A stretch of DNA of 64,000 nucleotides from an uncultured delta proteobacterium. GTDB lineage: Bacteria; Desulfobacterota; Syntrophorhabdia; Syntrophorhabdales; WCHB1-27. Each line of letters starts with the position of its first letter. Position 1 is the stretch's first letter. Positions 50,907 to 61,541 of this stretch are shown piece by piece. A program made the translations under genes and the position numbers. The notes under the pieces were generated by a model. That model was given only the letters and a program-made list of their open reading frames with translations, was not told the origin of the DNA and searched no databases. The stretch spans positions 96,001-160,000 of the forward strand of contig CAWEPK010000012.1 in the NCBI GenBank assembly GCA_963810935.1, in the 5' to 3' direction.

Positions 50907-50934
50907 TTATCGGCACAACAGGGGGAATACTTTA
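50907..50934 (-). promoter_or_regulatory. Sigma28 (FliA) promoter of motAB
   Basis: Minus strand TAAAG-N15-GCCGATAA. Confidence 0.65.
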
Positions 50935-51037
50935 CAAATATCGGCTGACGCGAAAACTTATGGATGCAAATGCGGTTCATTCTATTATATACTGTTTCAT
51001 TAGGTGGCATAGCCCGGTATACAGCAAAGGAGACGCC

Positions 51038-51868
51038 GTGAATAAGGTGAGTGGCCCGAGCAGTAAACCGTTTTATAACAGGTCCCTCGAAAGGGCCCTC
51101 CAGATCATGATCGCTTTCGGCGGCGACAGGAAATCCCTGACCCTGGGCCAGCTCTCGGATGCCCTCGACCTTTCAAAAGCGACCGTATTCCGGCTGTGCG
51201 CCACCCTGGTCAATTACGGTTTCCTGCGCCAGGACCGCGAGCAGAAACAGTACTCCCTCGGCGTCAAGCTTTTCGAGCTGGGAAGCATCGTCGCCTCTTC
51301 CTTTTCGCTCGCCGGCATCGCCGCCCCTCACATAGCCCGGCTCCAGTTGGACCTCGGCAAGACAGTCTTCCTGGGCGTCCTCGACGAGGGCGAGCTGCTC
51401 TACCTCGATAAGAGGGAGGGCCTGAAGGAGCCGATAAGCTTCACATCCAACGTAGGCTCGCGGCGGCCGCCGTACTGGGGCATGCTCGGCCTGACGCTCA
51501 TGGCCTTCCTGCAGCCTGAGGAAGTGGATGCACTGCTTGTCGCGCACCCCCTCGTCGCCACAACGAAAGACTCGTTCCCCGACGCGGAGTCCCTTAAGAC
51601 GGCGCTGCGCTCTATCCGGGACGCGGGGTACGCAGTCGATGAGGGAAGGTCCATCGAAGGCGTCGGCGGAGTTGGGGCGCCCATCCGCGACTATACCGGT
51701 AAAATCGCTGCCGCGTTGGGGATCGGGTTTATTCACTTGTCCGTCGACCCCGACCAGGTAAGGCGGATAACAACAAGGCTCCTTCAGGCGGCTTCCGCGA
51801 TATCGGCCGACGCAGGCTATAGGGTAAAATCGTCCGGTCAGGCAGAAGGCGGCAGAAAATTGTCTTGA
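51038..51868 (+). CDS. IclR family regulator
   Basis: SLERALQI...LSKATVFRL...YSLGVKLFELG; GYAVDEG...GAPIRD. Confidence 0.9.
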   Translation: MNKVSGPSSKPFYNRSLERALQIMIAFGGDRKSLTLGQLSDALDLSKATVFRLCATLVNYGFLRQDREQKQYSLGVKLFELGSIVASSFSLAGIAAPHIARLQLDLGKTVFLGVLDEGELLYLDKREGLKEPISFTSNVGSRRPPYWGMLGLTLMAFLQPEEVDALLVAHPLVATTKDSFPDAESLKTALRSIRDAGYAVDEGRSIEGVGGVGAPIRDYTGKIAAALGIGFIHLSVDPDQVRRITTRLLQAASAISADAGYRVKSSGQAEGGRKLS

Positions 51869-51926
51869 CAAGGCACCGGACGCTGCTATAGCATCACTGT
51901 ATGAGGTGTCATTTTATTAAATGAAA
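51865..51926 (+). promoter_or_regulatory. Sigma70 promoter and candidate IclR operator
   Basis: TTGACA at 51865; palindrome TCATTT-TATT-AAATGA at 51909-51924. Confidence 0.55.
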
Positions 51927-51992
51927 TAGCTGCCTGCCGCCACGGCAGACGCGATAGCACCGGGCCGGAAACACCTAACCAAGGGGGCAAAC

Positions 51993-53300
51993 ATGGAATA
52001 TTGGAACAAGTACACGGAAACGTTGCCCAGGGAGAAGCTGGACAACACGGAGTTTAAGTACTTCAAGAACCTCTTCGCTTTCGCAAAGGCCAACTCGAAG
52101 CTTTACGCGGAAAAGCTGAAGGGGATCGAACCGGGCGACATCAAGACCTTCGCAGATATCAAGAAGGTGCCCTTCACGTACAAGGAAGAGCTGCGGAAAT
52201 GGCAGGAGAACGTCGAGCCGTTCCCTTACGGCGGGCTCCTCGGCATACCCATTGAGGAGGTCTCGTCCTTCAGGCAGACGAGCGGCACGACGGGCAGGCC
52301 GGTCTACGTGCCCGAATCATACGAGAGCTGGCAGTGGAGGATCGAATCGTGGTGCCACATTCTCTGGATGGCGGGCTTCAGACCCCGGCACAGGCTTTTC
52401 CTCCCCTTCGGCTACAACGTCTACGTCGCATTCTGGGAGGCCCATTACGCTGCCGAAAAGCTCGGCTGCGAGGTGGTGCCGGGTGGCGCCCTCGACACGA
52501 AGGGCCGCGTCAATAAGATCATCGAGCTTAAGGCCAACGCTATGGCGGGCACGCCCACGTACATGCTGAACATCGCGCAGGAAGCCATGGCTATGGGGAT
52601 CGACCCCAAGTCTTTCGGCATGGACCGCATGATAGGCGCGGGCGAGCCGCTCCCCGAGGCGACGCGCAAGAGGATCGAAGCGACATACGGCTGCAAGATG
52701 TTCGACCACATAGGCAGCACGGAGACGTGCGGGTTCGCAGGCATGTGCGAGGCGCAGAAAGGGCTGCACATCGTGGAGCCTTTCTTCCTGGTGGAGATGC
52801 TCGACCGCGAGACGCTGTCGAAGGAAGTCGCAGTAGGCGAGCAGGGCGTCATCGTCATCACGCCTCTGGGCAGAAGGTCTTTCCCGGTGCTGCGCTTCAA
52901 CACGAACGACGTAGCGATCAAGGGGCCGGACCAGTGTGAATGCGGCAGGACGTCGCTCAAGCTCATGGAGATCGTGGGCAGGGTCGACGACATACGGAAG
53001 ATCAGGGGCGTACTCTTCTCCCCCAAGACGGTGGAGCAGCTCATCAGGTCGGAGTTCCCGGAGATCGTCGAGTTCGAGATAGTCGTGACCCGCGAAGACA
53101 TCATGGACAACATCCTGCTGCGGATCGAATGCGACCCGAAGGTCGAGGCGGCTGCGGCCCAGGACGTGGCCAAGCGGCTCAGCGAAAGGCACAAGATCAA
53201 GACAAACCTGTCCTGCAAGGTAAAGGTCGAGCCGGAAGGCACGCTGCCCAGGTACGACCTCAAGGCCAAACGCTTCAAGGACATGCGAGGTGACCACTAA
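51993..53300 (+). CDS. Aryl-CoA ligase, phenylacetate-CoA ligase (PaaK) family
   Basis: QTSGTTGRP, GTPTY, GAGEP, DHIGSTE, LRFNTND, GRVDD. Confidence 0.88.
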   Translation: MEYWNKYTETLPREKLDNTEFKYFKNLFAFAKANSKLYAEKLKGIEPGDIKTFADIKKVPFTYKEELRKWQENVEPFPYGGLLGIPIEEVSSFRQTSGTTGRPVYVPESYESWQWRIESWCHILWMAGFRPRHRLFLPFGYNVYVAFWEAHYAAEKLGCEVVPGGALDTKGRVNKIIELKANAMAGTPTYMLNIAQEAMAMGIDPKSFGMDRMIGAGEPLPEATRKRIEATYGCKMFDHIGSTETCGFAGMCEAQKGLHIVEPFFLVEMLDRETLSKEVAVGEQGVIVITPLGRRSFPVLRFNTNDVAIKGPDQCECGRTSLKLMEIVGRVDDIRKIRGVLFSPKTVEQLIRSEFPEIVEFEIVVTREDIMDNILLRIECDPKVEAAAAQDVAKRLSERHKIKTNLSCKVKVEPEGTLPRYDLKAKRFKDMRGDH

Positions 53301-53449
53301 TGGACGAGATAAGGAAAGAAATCCAGAACATAGAGAAGAGCGCGGAGAGGATAAAGGCGCTGGCGGACGGGAATAATTCCCTCCTGAAGAACGCCTCCAT
53401 TATACTGACGTTTGTTTATCTGCTGAAGTTCAACACCCCGGAAGAATAA
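53300..53449 (+). CDS. 49-aa small helical protein coupled to the CoA ligase
   Basis: TAATG overlap; MDEIRKEIQNIEKSAERIKALADGNNSLLKNASIILTFVYLLKFNTPEE; followed by a terminator. Confidence 0.65.
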   Translation: MDEIRKEIQNIEKSAERIKALADGNNSLLKNASIILTFVYLLKFNTPEE

Positions 53450-53456
53450 TAAGAGT

Positions 53457-53493
53457 GGGGCCGGGTTTCCCGGCCCCTCCCCTTTCTCTTTTT
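53457..53493 (+). terminator. Rho-independent terminator
   Basis: GGGGCCGGG-TTT-CCCGGCCCC plus pyrimidine/T tail. Confidence 0.7.
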
Positions 53494-53512
53494 GCCCGGC
53501 CGGAATAGTCGA

Positions 53513-54916
53513 TCATTCCGACGCTACGTAGGGCTTGACCATCTTCGCCGGATCGACGACCCGGTCGAACTCTTCTTCTGTGGCGAATCCGAGCTTCAGC
53601 GCCGCATCCTTCAACGTCAGGTCGTTGTCCATCGCGTAGTGTGCGATCTTTGACGCCTTGTCATATCCGATGACGGGTGAGAGCGCCGTGACGAGCATCA
53701 ACGAGCGTTCCACGTATTCGGCAATCTTCTTGCGGTTCGGCTTCGTGCCCTCGACGAGGAACCTGCGGAAGTTCGTGCATCCGTCCGAGAGGATCGTAAT
53801 CGAGTGGGTGATGTTGAAGATCATAAGCGGCTTGTAAACGTTCATCTCGAGGTATCCTCCCGCGCCGCCGAAGCCGACGGCCGCGTCGTTCGCCATCACC
53901 TGCACGGCGATCATCGTCAGGGCCTCCGCCTGGGTCGGGTTCACCTTGCCCGGCATGATGGATGAGCCCGGCTCGTTCTCGGGGATCAAAAGCTCGGCAA
54001 AGCCTGCCCGTGGGCCGCAGGACATGAGCCTGATGTCGTTGGCAATCTTATAGAGCGACACGGCCAGGGTGCGCATCGTCCCGGAAAGCTGGACAAGGCC
54101 GTCGTGGCTACCCTGGACGGCGAACTTATTCGGTGCGCTGACAAAAGGCAACCCCGTGAGTTTTGCGATCTCGGCTGCGGCAGCTTCCCCAAAGCCGGGC
54201 GCCGAGTTGATCCCTGTTCCCACGGCCGTTCCACCAAGCGCAATGGGGTAGATTCCATCGAGGGCAGTTTCTAACCGCTTCAGGTTGTCCGCGAGCATCC
54301 CGCTATAACCCGACCATTCCTGACCGAGCGTCAGCGGGGTTGCGTCCTGCATGTGGGTCCGGCCGATCTTGATGATGTCATCCCATTCCCCGGCCTTTGC
54401 CCCGATGGCGTCGTGAAGCGCCTGAACGGCCGGGATGAGCCTCTGTTTCACGTTGACTGCGGCAGCGATATTCATAGCCGAAGGGAAGGAGTCGTTGGAC
54501 GACTGGGCCATGTTGACGTGGTCGTTCGGATGAACAGGCGCCTTGCTCCCGAGGGGCGTACCTGCGATCTGACAGCAGCGGTTGGAAATTACCTCATTCA
54601 CGTTCATGTTGAACTGAGTGCCGCTGCCCGTCATCCACACGTGCAAAGGGAACATGTCGAGGTGCCGGCCGGCAAGGACCTCGTCGCAGACCTGAACGAT
54701 CATCCGGTAAAGCCCGTCGGCCAGCCGGCCGCCGTTGTGGTTGGCAATGGCCGAGGCCTTCTTGAGAACGGCGTACGAAAAGATCATCTCTCGCGGGATA
54801 AGGTCGGAACCGATGCTGAAGTGCTCCAGCGAACGCTGCGTCTGGGCGCCCCAGAGCTTATCGGCCGGGACATCGACTGTCCCGAGGCTGTCGGTCTCTT
54901 TGCGGGTCTCTGCCAT
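53513..54916 (-). CDS. fumC: Class II fumarate hydratase
   Basis: [45 protein letters not shown]. Confidence 0.95.
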   Translation of the reverse strand: MAETRKETDSLGTVDVPADKLWGAQTQRSLEHFSIGSDLIPREMIFSYAVLKKASAIANHNGGRLADGLYRMIVQVCDEVLAGRHLDMFPLHVWMTGSGTQFNMNVNEVISNRCCQIAGTPLGSKAPVHPNDHVNMAQSSNDSFPSAMNIAAAVNVKQRLIPAVQALHDAIGAKAGEWDDIIKIGRTHMQDATPLTLGQEWSGYSGMLADNLKRLETALDGIYPIALGGTAVGTGINSAPGFGEAAAAEIAKLTGLPFVSAPNKFAVQGSHDGLVQLSGTMRTLAVSLYKIANDIRLMSCGPRAGFAELLIPENEPGSSIMPGKVNPTQAEALTMIAVQVMANDAAVGFGGAGGYLEMNVYKPLMIFNITHSITILSDGCTNFRRFLVEGTKPNRKKIAEYVERSLMLVTALSPVIGYDKASKIAHYAMDNDLTLKDAALKLGFATEEEFDRVVDPAKMVKPYVASE

Positions 54917-54950
54917 AGGGGGCTCCCCCGATTGCTTTGGTTGTACGCCT

Positions 54951-56628
54951 CTACGCTGCCTTCCTCCCGGCCCGCTTCTTGAGAAGGTCCGGATATTCAG
55001 GCTTATAAAGCCGGGACTCGAGGAAACTCCTCGTCTCTTCCGGCCGTCCGACTCCCGCCAGATCCCTGTCGAAGATTACATCTACGACGCTTTCAGCCGT
55101 TGTTACTTCCGTCTTGAGTATACCTGTCTGGGGCGGATAGAGCAAGCCCGCTTCGATCTCGCTCCATGTGACCTGGTTTGCCAGGCTGCGGGCCGCGGCG
55201 ATGAACATCTCGTCAGTCACGCGCTTCGCCCTCGTGGCATAAACCGCGAGGCCGACTGCCGGAAAGATATACATGTTGTTGGCCTGACCGGGGATGAACG
55301 TCATGTCTCCGAACCGGACAGGGGGGAACTGCACCCCGCCCGCATAGAGGGCCCTCCCCTCCGACCAGCGGTATGCCTCCTCGGGCGTGCATTCTGCGCG
55401 GTCCGTGGGGTTCGAGAGGGCGAAGATGATCGGCCTGTCGTTCAGGCGCGCCATCGCCTCTACGATCGGCTGATTGAAGGCCTTGCCTACGGTGCTGACG
55501 CCGATGATCGCGGTAGGCTTGATGTCCTCGATCACTGCCAGGAAGTCGTGCGAAGAGGCGTGCCGGTGGGCATAGGGTTGCTGGAAGTCTTTCAGGTCGG
55601 TGCGGCTCGACTCTATCAGGCCGTGCGTATTGAACAGCCAGATGCGCGACTTTGCCTCTTCGTTCGAAAGCCCCTCCAGCGCCATGGCCGATGCGATGAT
55701 GTTGGCGATGCCGATGCCCGCAGAGCCCGCGCCCAGGAAAAGGATGCGCTGGTCGGCCAGGGTGAGGCCCGTGAGACGTAGTGCGCTCAGAAGTCCCGCG
55801 ACCGTTACCCCGCCTGTGCCCTGGATGTCATCGTTGTAGCAACAGACCTTGTTGCGGTAGCGTGCCAGCAGCCGCATGGCGTCAACGCCTTTCCAGTCCT
55901 CGAAGTGGATGCAGCAGCCGGGGAAGACCTCCTGGACGGCGGACACGAACTCATCGACAAAGGCATCCAGCTCGGCTCCCGTTCGCCCGTGGCTGGCGAA
56001 GGCCGAGATAGAGCGGGTCGTTGATGAGCGCCTGGTTGTCCGTGCCGGAGTCGATATGCATGGGAAGGAGATACTGTGGAGGGACAGCCGCGCAGGCCGT
56101 GTAGAGCTGCAGCTTGCCGATGGGGATGCCCATGCCGTTTGCGCCCAGGTCGCCAAGGCCGAGTATCCTCCCGCCGGAGGTGGCGCAAATCACCCGAACG
56201 TCTTTCTCCGGCCAGTGGCGCAGGATTTCCTTCACATGCCCCTTGTGTTTGAGCGAGAGATACATGCCTCTCGGGCGCCTGAAGATATGGCCGAATTTCA
56301 GGCAGGCCTCGGCGACGGTAGGGTCGTAAAGGATCGGCAGGAACCGGGCGGGGTCCGACATTACCACCTTGTAAAATAGCGTCTCGTCGGTGTCGACGAG
56401 CCCAATGAGGTAAATGTAGCGTTCAAGGTCGGTCGGCTTCACCGCGAGTTGCTGCATGACCCTCCGGACCTGGGCCTCCTCGCTGTCTACACCGGAGGGC
56501 AAGAGCCCGGTAAGGCCGAGCGCCTCCCGCTCGTTTTCGGTAAAAGCAGTAGACTTGTTGAGTTTGGGATCGTGAAACAAGTCCGCTCCATGCTTCCCGT
56601 TTACGGTAGTACCGTTTGATCGATTCAT
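54951..56628 (-). CDS. maeA: NAD-dependent malic enzyme (frameshift near 55982)
   Basis: [50 protein letters not shown]. Confidence 0.88.
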
Positions 56629-56815
56629 ATCTTGCTCCTTTGCTCTTGTCTCGTTTGAGGTATTGTCGCGTGCGGCTTTCGGCGGGTGCAGCCTACCCGA
56701 ACAACCTCTCTTTAGTGTCCCTAAACTAATGCCTGGTTATCTCATGTCAAGGGGATGGGCGCGTTCGCCTTACGGACATTAAATATCGGCTGAAATAGAT
56801 GACTGCGACGGGGGT

Positions 56816-57571
56816 TTAATCGGAAATGACTTTCGCACAAGAATCTGCGTCTGTAGCTGCCGGTGCCTGGACCTGGCCGAGATAAAAATCGATTACGGCC
56901 TGATCGGCCATTAACTCACTTGCCGAGCCTTCCAGTACGATCTTTCCACTTTCCATGACGTAACCATGAGATGAAACTAAAAGGGCCTGGTGCGCGTTCT
57001 GCTCCACCAGCAGGATAGTCAGGCCCTCGGAGTGCAGCTCGCCGACGATCTCGAAAATGGTCTGGACCAGAAGGGGCGCCAGTCCGAGGGACGGTTCGTC
57101 CAGAAGCAGCAGCTTGGGCTTTGCCATCAAACCGCGCGCAATGGCCAGCATCTGCTGCTCCCCGCCTGAAAGAGTGCCGGCCAGCGACTTGCGGCGCTCG
57201 CCAAGGATCGGGAAGCGTTCCTCCATGGCTGCGATGGTCGCCCTGGCCTCGCCGGCGGACCGGCGGTAAGCGCCCAGCTCCAGGTTTTCCCGAACTGTCA
57301 TGTTGGCCAGCACCAACCGCCCCTCGGGTATCTGGACGATCCCTTCCGAGACCCTCCGATGAGGGCTGTCATGTGTAATATCTCTTCCCTGAAATCGAAT
57401 ACTGCCCCGAATTGCAGGGACAACGCCGCTGAGGGCGTTCAGGATCGTTGTCTTGCCGGCCCCGTTCGGTCCCACTAGGGAAACTATGGCCCCCTGGTCT
57501 ACGCGAAAGGAGACCTCCCGCACGGCCTCAACGTGTCCGTAAGATACGGTGAGTCCGCTTACCTCAAGCAT
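56816..57571 (-). CDS. livF: Branched-chain amino acid ABC ATPase
   Basis: GPNGAGKTT, LSGGEQQMLAI, DEPSLGLAP, VEQN. Confidence 0.9.
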   Translation of the reverse strand: MLEVSGLTVSYGHVEAVREVSFRVDQGAIVSLVGPNGAGKTTILNALSGVVPAIRGSIRFQGRDITHDSPHRRVSEGIVQIPEGRLVLANMTVRENLELGAYRRSAGEARATIAAMEERFPILGERRKSLAGTLSGGEQQMLAIARGLMAKPKLLLLDEPSLGLAPLLVQTIFEIVGELHSEGLTILLVEQNAHQALLVSSHGYVMESGKIVLEGSASELMADQAVIDFYLGQVQAPAATDADSCAKVISD

Positions 57572-58334
57572 GTGTTTTCCCCACGCCCAGGTAGGCTTCG
57601 ATCACCTCATGGCAGGACCGCACCTCCGCCGGGCTGCCGGTGGTGAGCACCCGGCCGAAATCGAGGACGGTGATGCGCTGACAGAGGCTCATGACAAAGG
57701 ACATGTTGTGTTCTATCAAAAGGATGGTCATACCCTCCCGGCAAAGGGACCGCAGGAGGTCCGCCACCACGGTCGCTTCCCCCTGGCGCATGCCTGCCAC
57801 CGGCTCGTCGAGCAGCAGCAAGCTGGGATTAAGGGACAGGGCCCTCGCGATCTCCAGGCGGCGGCGTTCACCATATGAGAGGTTGCGTGACTGATAATCC
57901 GCCTTGTCGTCCAGCCCCACGCGGGCCAGCGTCTGTATGGCCTGTTTATAAAGGCTGCGGTCCTCATGTCGAGCCGACGGCAGGCGGAGCAGCCTCGGCA
58001 AGAGCGACCGCCGCGAGGTGAGATGCTGGCCGGCCTGCACGTTTTCCAGGCAGCTCATGTGCGGAAACAGACGGATGTTTTGAAACGTTCTGGCTATCCC
58101 GATGGCTGCCATCTGATGCACGGCAAGGCGATGGAGGTCATGCTCCTTATAGCTCATCCGGCCCGCGCTCGGCGGAAGCAGCCCGCTCAGGATATTGATC
58201 AGGGTGGTTTTGCCCGCCCCGTTCGGACCGATTAAGCCGTGGATGGTCCCGGGTTCAACGAAGAAAGAAACGTCATCCAGGGCTCGCACGCCGCCGAAGC
58301 TCCGGGATACGTTTTCGACGCGCAGGCTGTTCAT
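57564..58334 (-). CDS. livG: Branched-chain amino acid ABC ATPase
   Basis: GPNGAGKTT, RTFQNIRLF, LSYGERRRLEIARAL, VIEAYLG. Confidence 0.9.
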   Translation of the reverse strand: MNSLRVENVSRSFGGVRALDDVSFFVEPGTIHGLIGPNGAGKTTLINILSGLLPPSAGRMSYKEHDLHRLAVHQMAAIGIARTFQNIRLFPHMSCLENVQAGQHLTSRRSLLPRLLRLPSARHEDRSLYKQAIQTLARVGLDDKADYQSRNLSYGERRRLEIARALSLNPSLLLLDEPVAGMRQGEATVVADLLRSLCREGMTILLIEHNMSFVMSLCQRITVLDFGRVLTTGSPAEVRSCHEVIEAYLGVGKTHA

Positions 58335-59203
58335 CTTGCCCTCGCTTTTGCCGCCCCGGACCGGCCCCTCGACAGGAGCGAAGCCAAGCCGTTGGGAAGA
58401 AAGAGAATCACCAGGAGGAGAATAAGCCCGTTGATCCCCATGCGGATCGGCCCGGCAGCCACTCCCACGCCCCGCAGGACCTCCGGGAGTGCGGTGAGCA
58501 TAGCCGCCCCGAGGACCGGGCCGTACCAGACGCCCAGACCGCCGACGATGTTATAGATCAGCAGGTCTACGGCGATGAAGAAACCGTAATCACGCGGAGT
58601 AATCAGGTAGTTCAGATGGGCATACATGCCTCCGGCCAAGCCGGCTATCATGGCGCCGATGACAAAAGCCACGACCTTATAATAGGTGATATGGATCCCC
58701 AGAGAGCCGGCGGCGGTCTCGTCCTCGCGTATGCTGATCAGCCCCCACCCCAGACGCGAATGTCTCAGAACAGCGATGAAATAAGCCGTCCCGGCCAGGA
58801 CCAAATAGATCATCCAGGTCTTGGTAACGTTGGGGATGCCGGTCAGGCCCTCGGCTCCGCCGGTGATGTCGAGATTGACTGCCGCGAGGCGCACCACTTC
58901 GCCGAAAGCCAGAGTCGCCATGGCCAGGAAGACCCCCCGCAGCCGCAGCACGGGCAACCCGATGATCAGGCCAACGAGCCCGGCGGTGCAGACCCCCCCC
59001 GCGAGAGAGACTACATAAGGGAGCTTGAAATGGACGCTCAGGATTCCGGCTGTGTAACCTCCCACCGCCGCGAACGCCGCGTTGCCCAGGGAGAGCATGC
59101 CCGCCGAAAGGGTCACGTTCATGCTCAGGGCCAGCAGGGCGTTGATGCCGATGAAGCCTATCAGGCTGCCGTATATGGCATAGAACTGAAGAAGGTACTC
59201 CAT
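58331..59203 (-). CDS. livM: Branched-chain amino acid ABC permease
   Basis: LRLRGVFLAMATLAFGE, IREDE, GGLG...GPVLGA. Confidence 0.9.
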   Translation of the reverse strand: MEYLLQFYAIYGSLIGFIGINALLALSMNVTLSAGMLSLGNAAFAAVGGYTAGILSVHFKLPYVVSLAGGVCTAGLVGLIIGLPVLRLRGVFLAMATLAFGEVVRLAAVNLDITGGAEGLTGIPNVTKTWMIYLVLAGTAYFIAVLRHSRLGWGLISIREDETAAGSLGIHITYYKVVAFVIGAMIAGLAGGMYAHLNYLITPRDYGFFIAVDLLIYNIVGGLGVWYGPVLGAAMLTALPEVLRGVGVAAGPIRMGINGLILLLVILFLPNGLASLLSRGRSGAAKARAR

Positions 59204-59209
59204 CTGCCT

Positions 59210-60101
59210 TTAGGCCTCCCTTGTCTTCCCGCGTCCCAGAAGCCCGGACGGCCGGACCAGAAGGATCGCGAAGAGGACCGCGAAGGCGACGGCGTCCCGC
59301 AGATTGGACGTACCGGTGATGGCCACGGTGAGTACCTCGCTCAGACCGAAAGCCAACCCCCCCAGTATCGCTCCTGGGATGCTCCCCATGCCGCCCAGGA
59401 TGATCACCGCGAGCCCTTTCGAGCTCGATGGAGCGGCCCATGTCCGGAGTGAGGTTGTTGAAGTAGAGGCCGAAGAGAATGCCCGCTGCGCCGCCCAGTG
59501 ACGAAGAGACAAAAAAGGTAAATGCAATGACGCCGTTCACATTGATGCCCAGGAGCATGGCCGCCCTTTCGCTCTCGCCTATTGCGCGGATGGCTTTACC
59601 GATGCGGGTGCGGCCCATGACGAGAGTGAGGATGATCATCAACAAGGCCGCGACGCAGACAATCCCCACCTGCAGCAAGGTGATCGTTACTCCGCCGATC
59701 TGCCACGTATAAGCGACGATGGTGCCTACCGGAAAGCGCACGGACCTGGCGCCGAACAGCCCCAGCGCCGAGGCTTCGAAAATAATGGCCATCGCAATGG
59801 ACGATATCAGTCCGGAGAACTGGCTGTCGCTGCGCTTGCGCAGGGGGGCAAAGGCCACCTGGTTGAGCAGCAGGCCCAGGACGCCCGCTGCGATTGTCGC
59901 CAGCGGGAAGGCAAACCAGATGGATAATCCGGCATTTTGAACCAGCCACAAAGCTATCAGGCCGCCGAGGGTGAAGATGGCCGCGTGGGCCAGGTTTAAT
60001 ATATCCAGCACCCCGAAGACCAGGGTGTAGCCCACCGCGAACAGCCCATACACGCTGCCTATGAACAGGCCGTTAATCAACTGTTGGAGAAGCAGGCTCA
60101 C
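59210..60101 (-). CDS. livH: Branched-chain amino acid ABC permease (frameshift near 59420)
   Basis: GYTLVFGVLDILNLAH, GKAIRA, KGLAVIILGGMGSIPGA, RPSGLLG. Confidence 0.88.
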
Positions 60102-60113
60102 CGCCGCCTCGTC

Positions 60114-61253
60114 TTAGTTGCCCATCACTACGAATTTTCCGCCTTTGATCTCCTGCACTATGCCGGGGTGTGAAGCGTCACGGCCCTCGGTAAAAGAGAA
60201 ACGGCCCAATACGGTATCGACGTTCTTGACCTTGACCAGGGAGTCGCGAAGCGCCTTTCGATCAGCAGTCCCGGCCGCTTTGGCCGCCTGATACGCGATC
60301 TGCACGCCGGCGTAAGCCTGGGCCGCAAACTGATCCGGGGCGCGGTTGTACTTCTTCGTATAGTCGTTGACAAACTTGACGTTCAACGGCGCCTTGGAGG
60401 AGATGTTCCAGGCAGCGCCCACGATCACCCCCTCGGCGGCGTCGCCGGCATTCCTGATCAGGCCGGGAGAGTTAAGACCGTTGCCGCCTATGATGCGCAC
60501 CGTCTTCGGTATTCCGAGCTGCCGCGCCTGGCTGATAATACCGGAGGCTTCTTCTGCCAGGGCGCCGCAGATGATCGCGTCGGGGTTCTGGGCCTTGATC
60601 TGGGTTAACTGCGGCGAAAAGTCGCGGTCCCCCTTGGCGAATGTCTGCTCGCCCAGTATCTGGATGCCCGACGACTGGAGGACTTTCTTGAACACCTCAT
60701 AGGTGGCCTTCGTCATCGCGTCGTCGTTACCGTACAACATCGCGACCTTCTTCAGTCCCAGCTTCTCTTTTGCGACCTTGACGGTATGAGGGATAACCAC
60801 GTTTTCAGTCAGGGAGTCCCGGAAGATGAAGTTGCCGATTTCGGTAATACCGGAGATGGTGTTGCTGATGGCCAGAACCGGCACGCCCGCCTGCTGGGCG
60901 ATGGGGTCGGTGATCTTTGCCGTGTTGCTCAGGGTCGGCCCGATGATAAGCGAGACTTTGTCGCCGTTAATGAGCTTGTTGAATACGTTGGTCCCCTGCT
61001 GAGGCACGGACGCATCATCCTCGAAGACGGGGACGATCTGCAACCCGCTGCCCGAGGCGGCATTGATCTGGTCGACGGCCAGGAGGATGCCCTCTTTCTG
61101 GCTGGCCCCGTATACCGCAGCGCCGCCGGTCATGCTGAGGGCAAAACCGATCTTGATGGTTTTAGTTGCAGCGGAAAAAACCGGCGTTACAAGGGCCGAT
61201 AAAAGAAACAAGCCTACGACCACGCCTGTCAGAGCACGACCTAATAGCTTCAC
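60114..61253 (-). CDS. Branched-chain amino acid ABC substrate-binding protein (LivK/LivJ family)
   Basis: Signal peptide; KIGFALSMTG, IIGPTLS, DFSPQLTQIK, AAQAY. Confidence 0.9.
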   Translation of the reverse strand: MKLLGRALTGVVVGLFLLSALVTPVFSAATKTIKIGFALSMTGGAAVYGASQKEGILLAVDQINAASGSGLQIVPVFEDDASVPQQGTNVFNKLINGDKVSLIIGPTLSNTAKITDPIAQQAGVPVLAISNTISGITEIGNFIFRDSLTENVVIPHTVKVAKEKLGLKKVAMLYGNDDAMTKATYEVFKKVLQSSGIQILGEQTFAKGDRDFSPQLTQIKAQNPDAIICGALAEEASGIISQARQLGIPKTVRIIGGNGLNSPGLIRNAGDAAEGVIVGAAWNISSKAPLNVKFVNDYTKKYNRAPDQFAAQAYAGVQIAYQAAKAAGTADRKALRDSLVKVKNVDTVLGRFSFTEGRDASHPGIVQEIKGGKFVVMGN

Positions 61254-61541
61254 GGGGACCTCCCTAATCGAGATATATGGCTTCCGATCTATTCCTTAGT
61301 ACTGCGTTTAGCCCAAATTGGATCATGCCTCCACGAAAAACCCGCCATCACGCCGGCAAAAAGGGTCTTTGCGCCCGGATGCAGGATGAGAACACAGGAT
61401 GATTTTGGGGTGAGTCAGTTTATTCAAACGGTAGGCAGGAATTTCACCTTCGAACCCACATGTTCCGAACAACTAAACTCAAGTTTTATTGTATGCATAA
61501 ACAACTTTCTTTGTCAAAATAAGCGAAAAGGAAAGCCGGTC

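Noticed and set aside
760..60702. Long antisense or alternate-frame ORFs (e.g. 3824-4948, 26400-27347, 44977-46590, 52317-53297, 54735-55781)
   Set aside because: They overlap well-supported genes and lack motifs; expected shadow ORFs in GC-rich DNA.
61330..61435. Leader-peptide attenuator or T-box upstream of the liv operon
   Set aside because: Only a weak hairpin with a U tract on the minus strand; no convincing Leu/Ile/Val-rich leader with a start codon, and no T-box motif.
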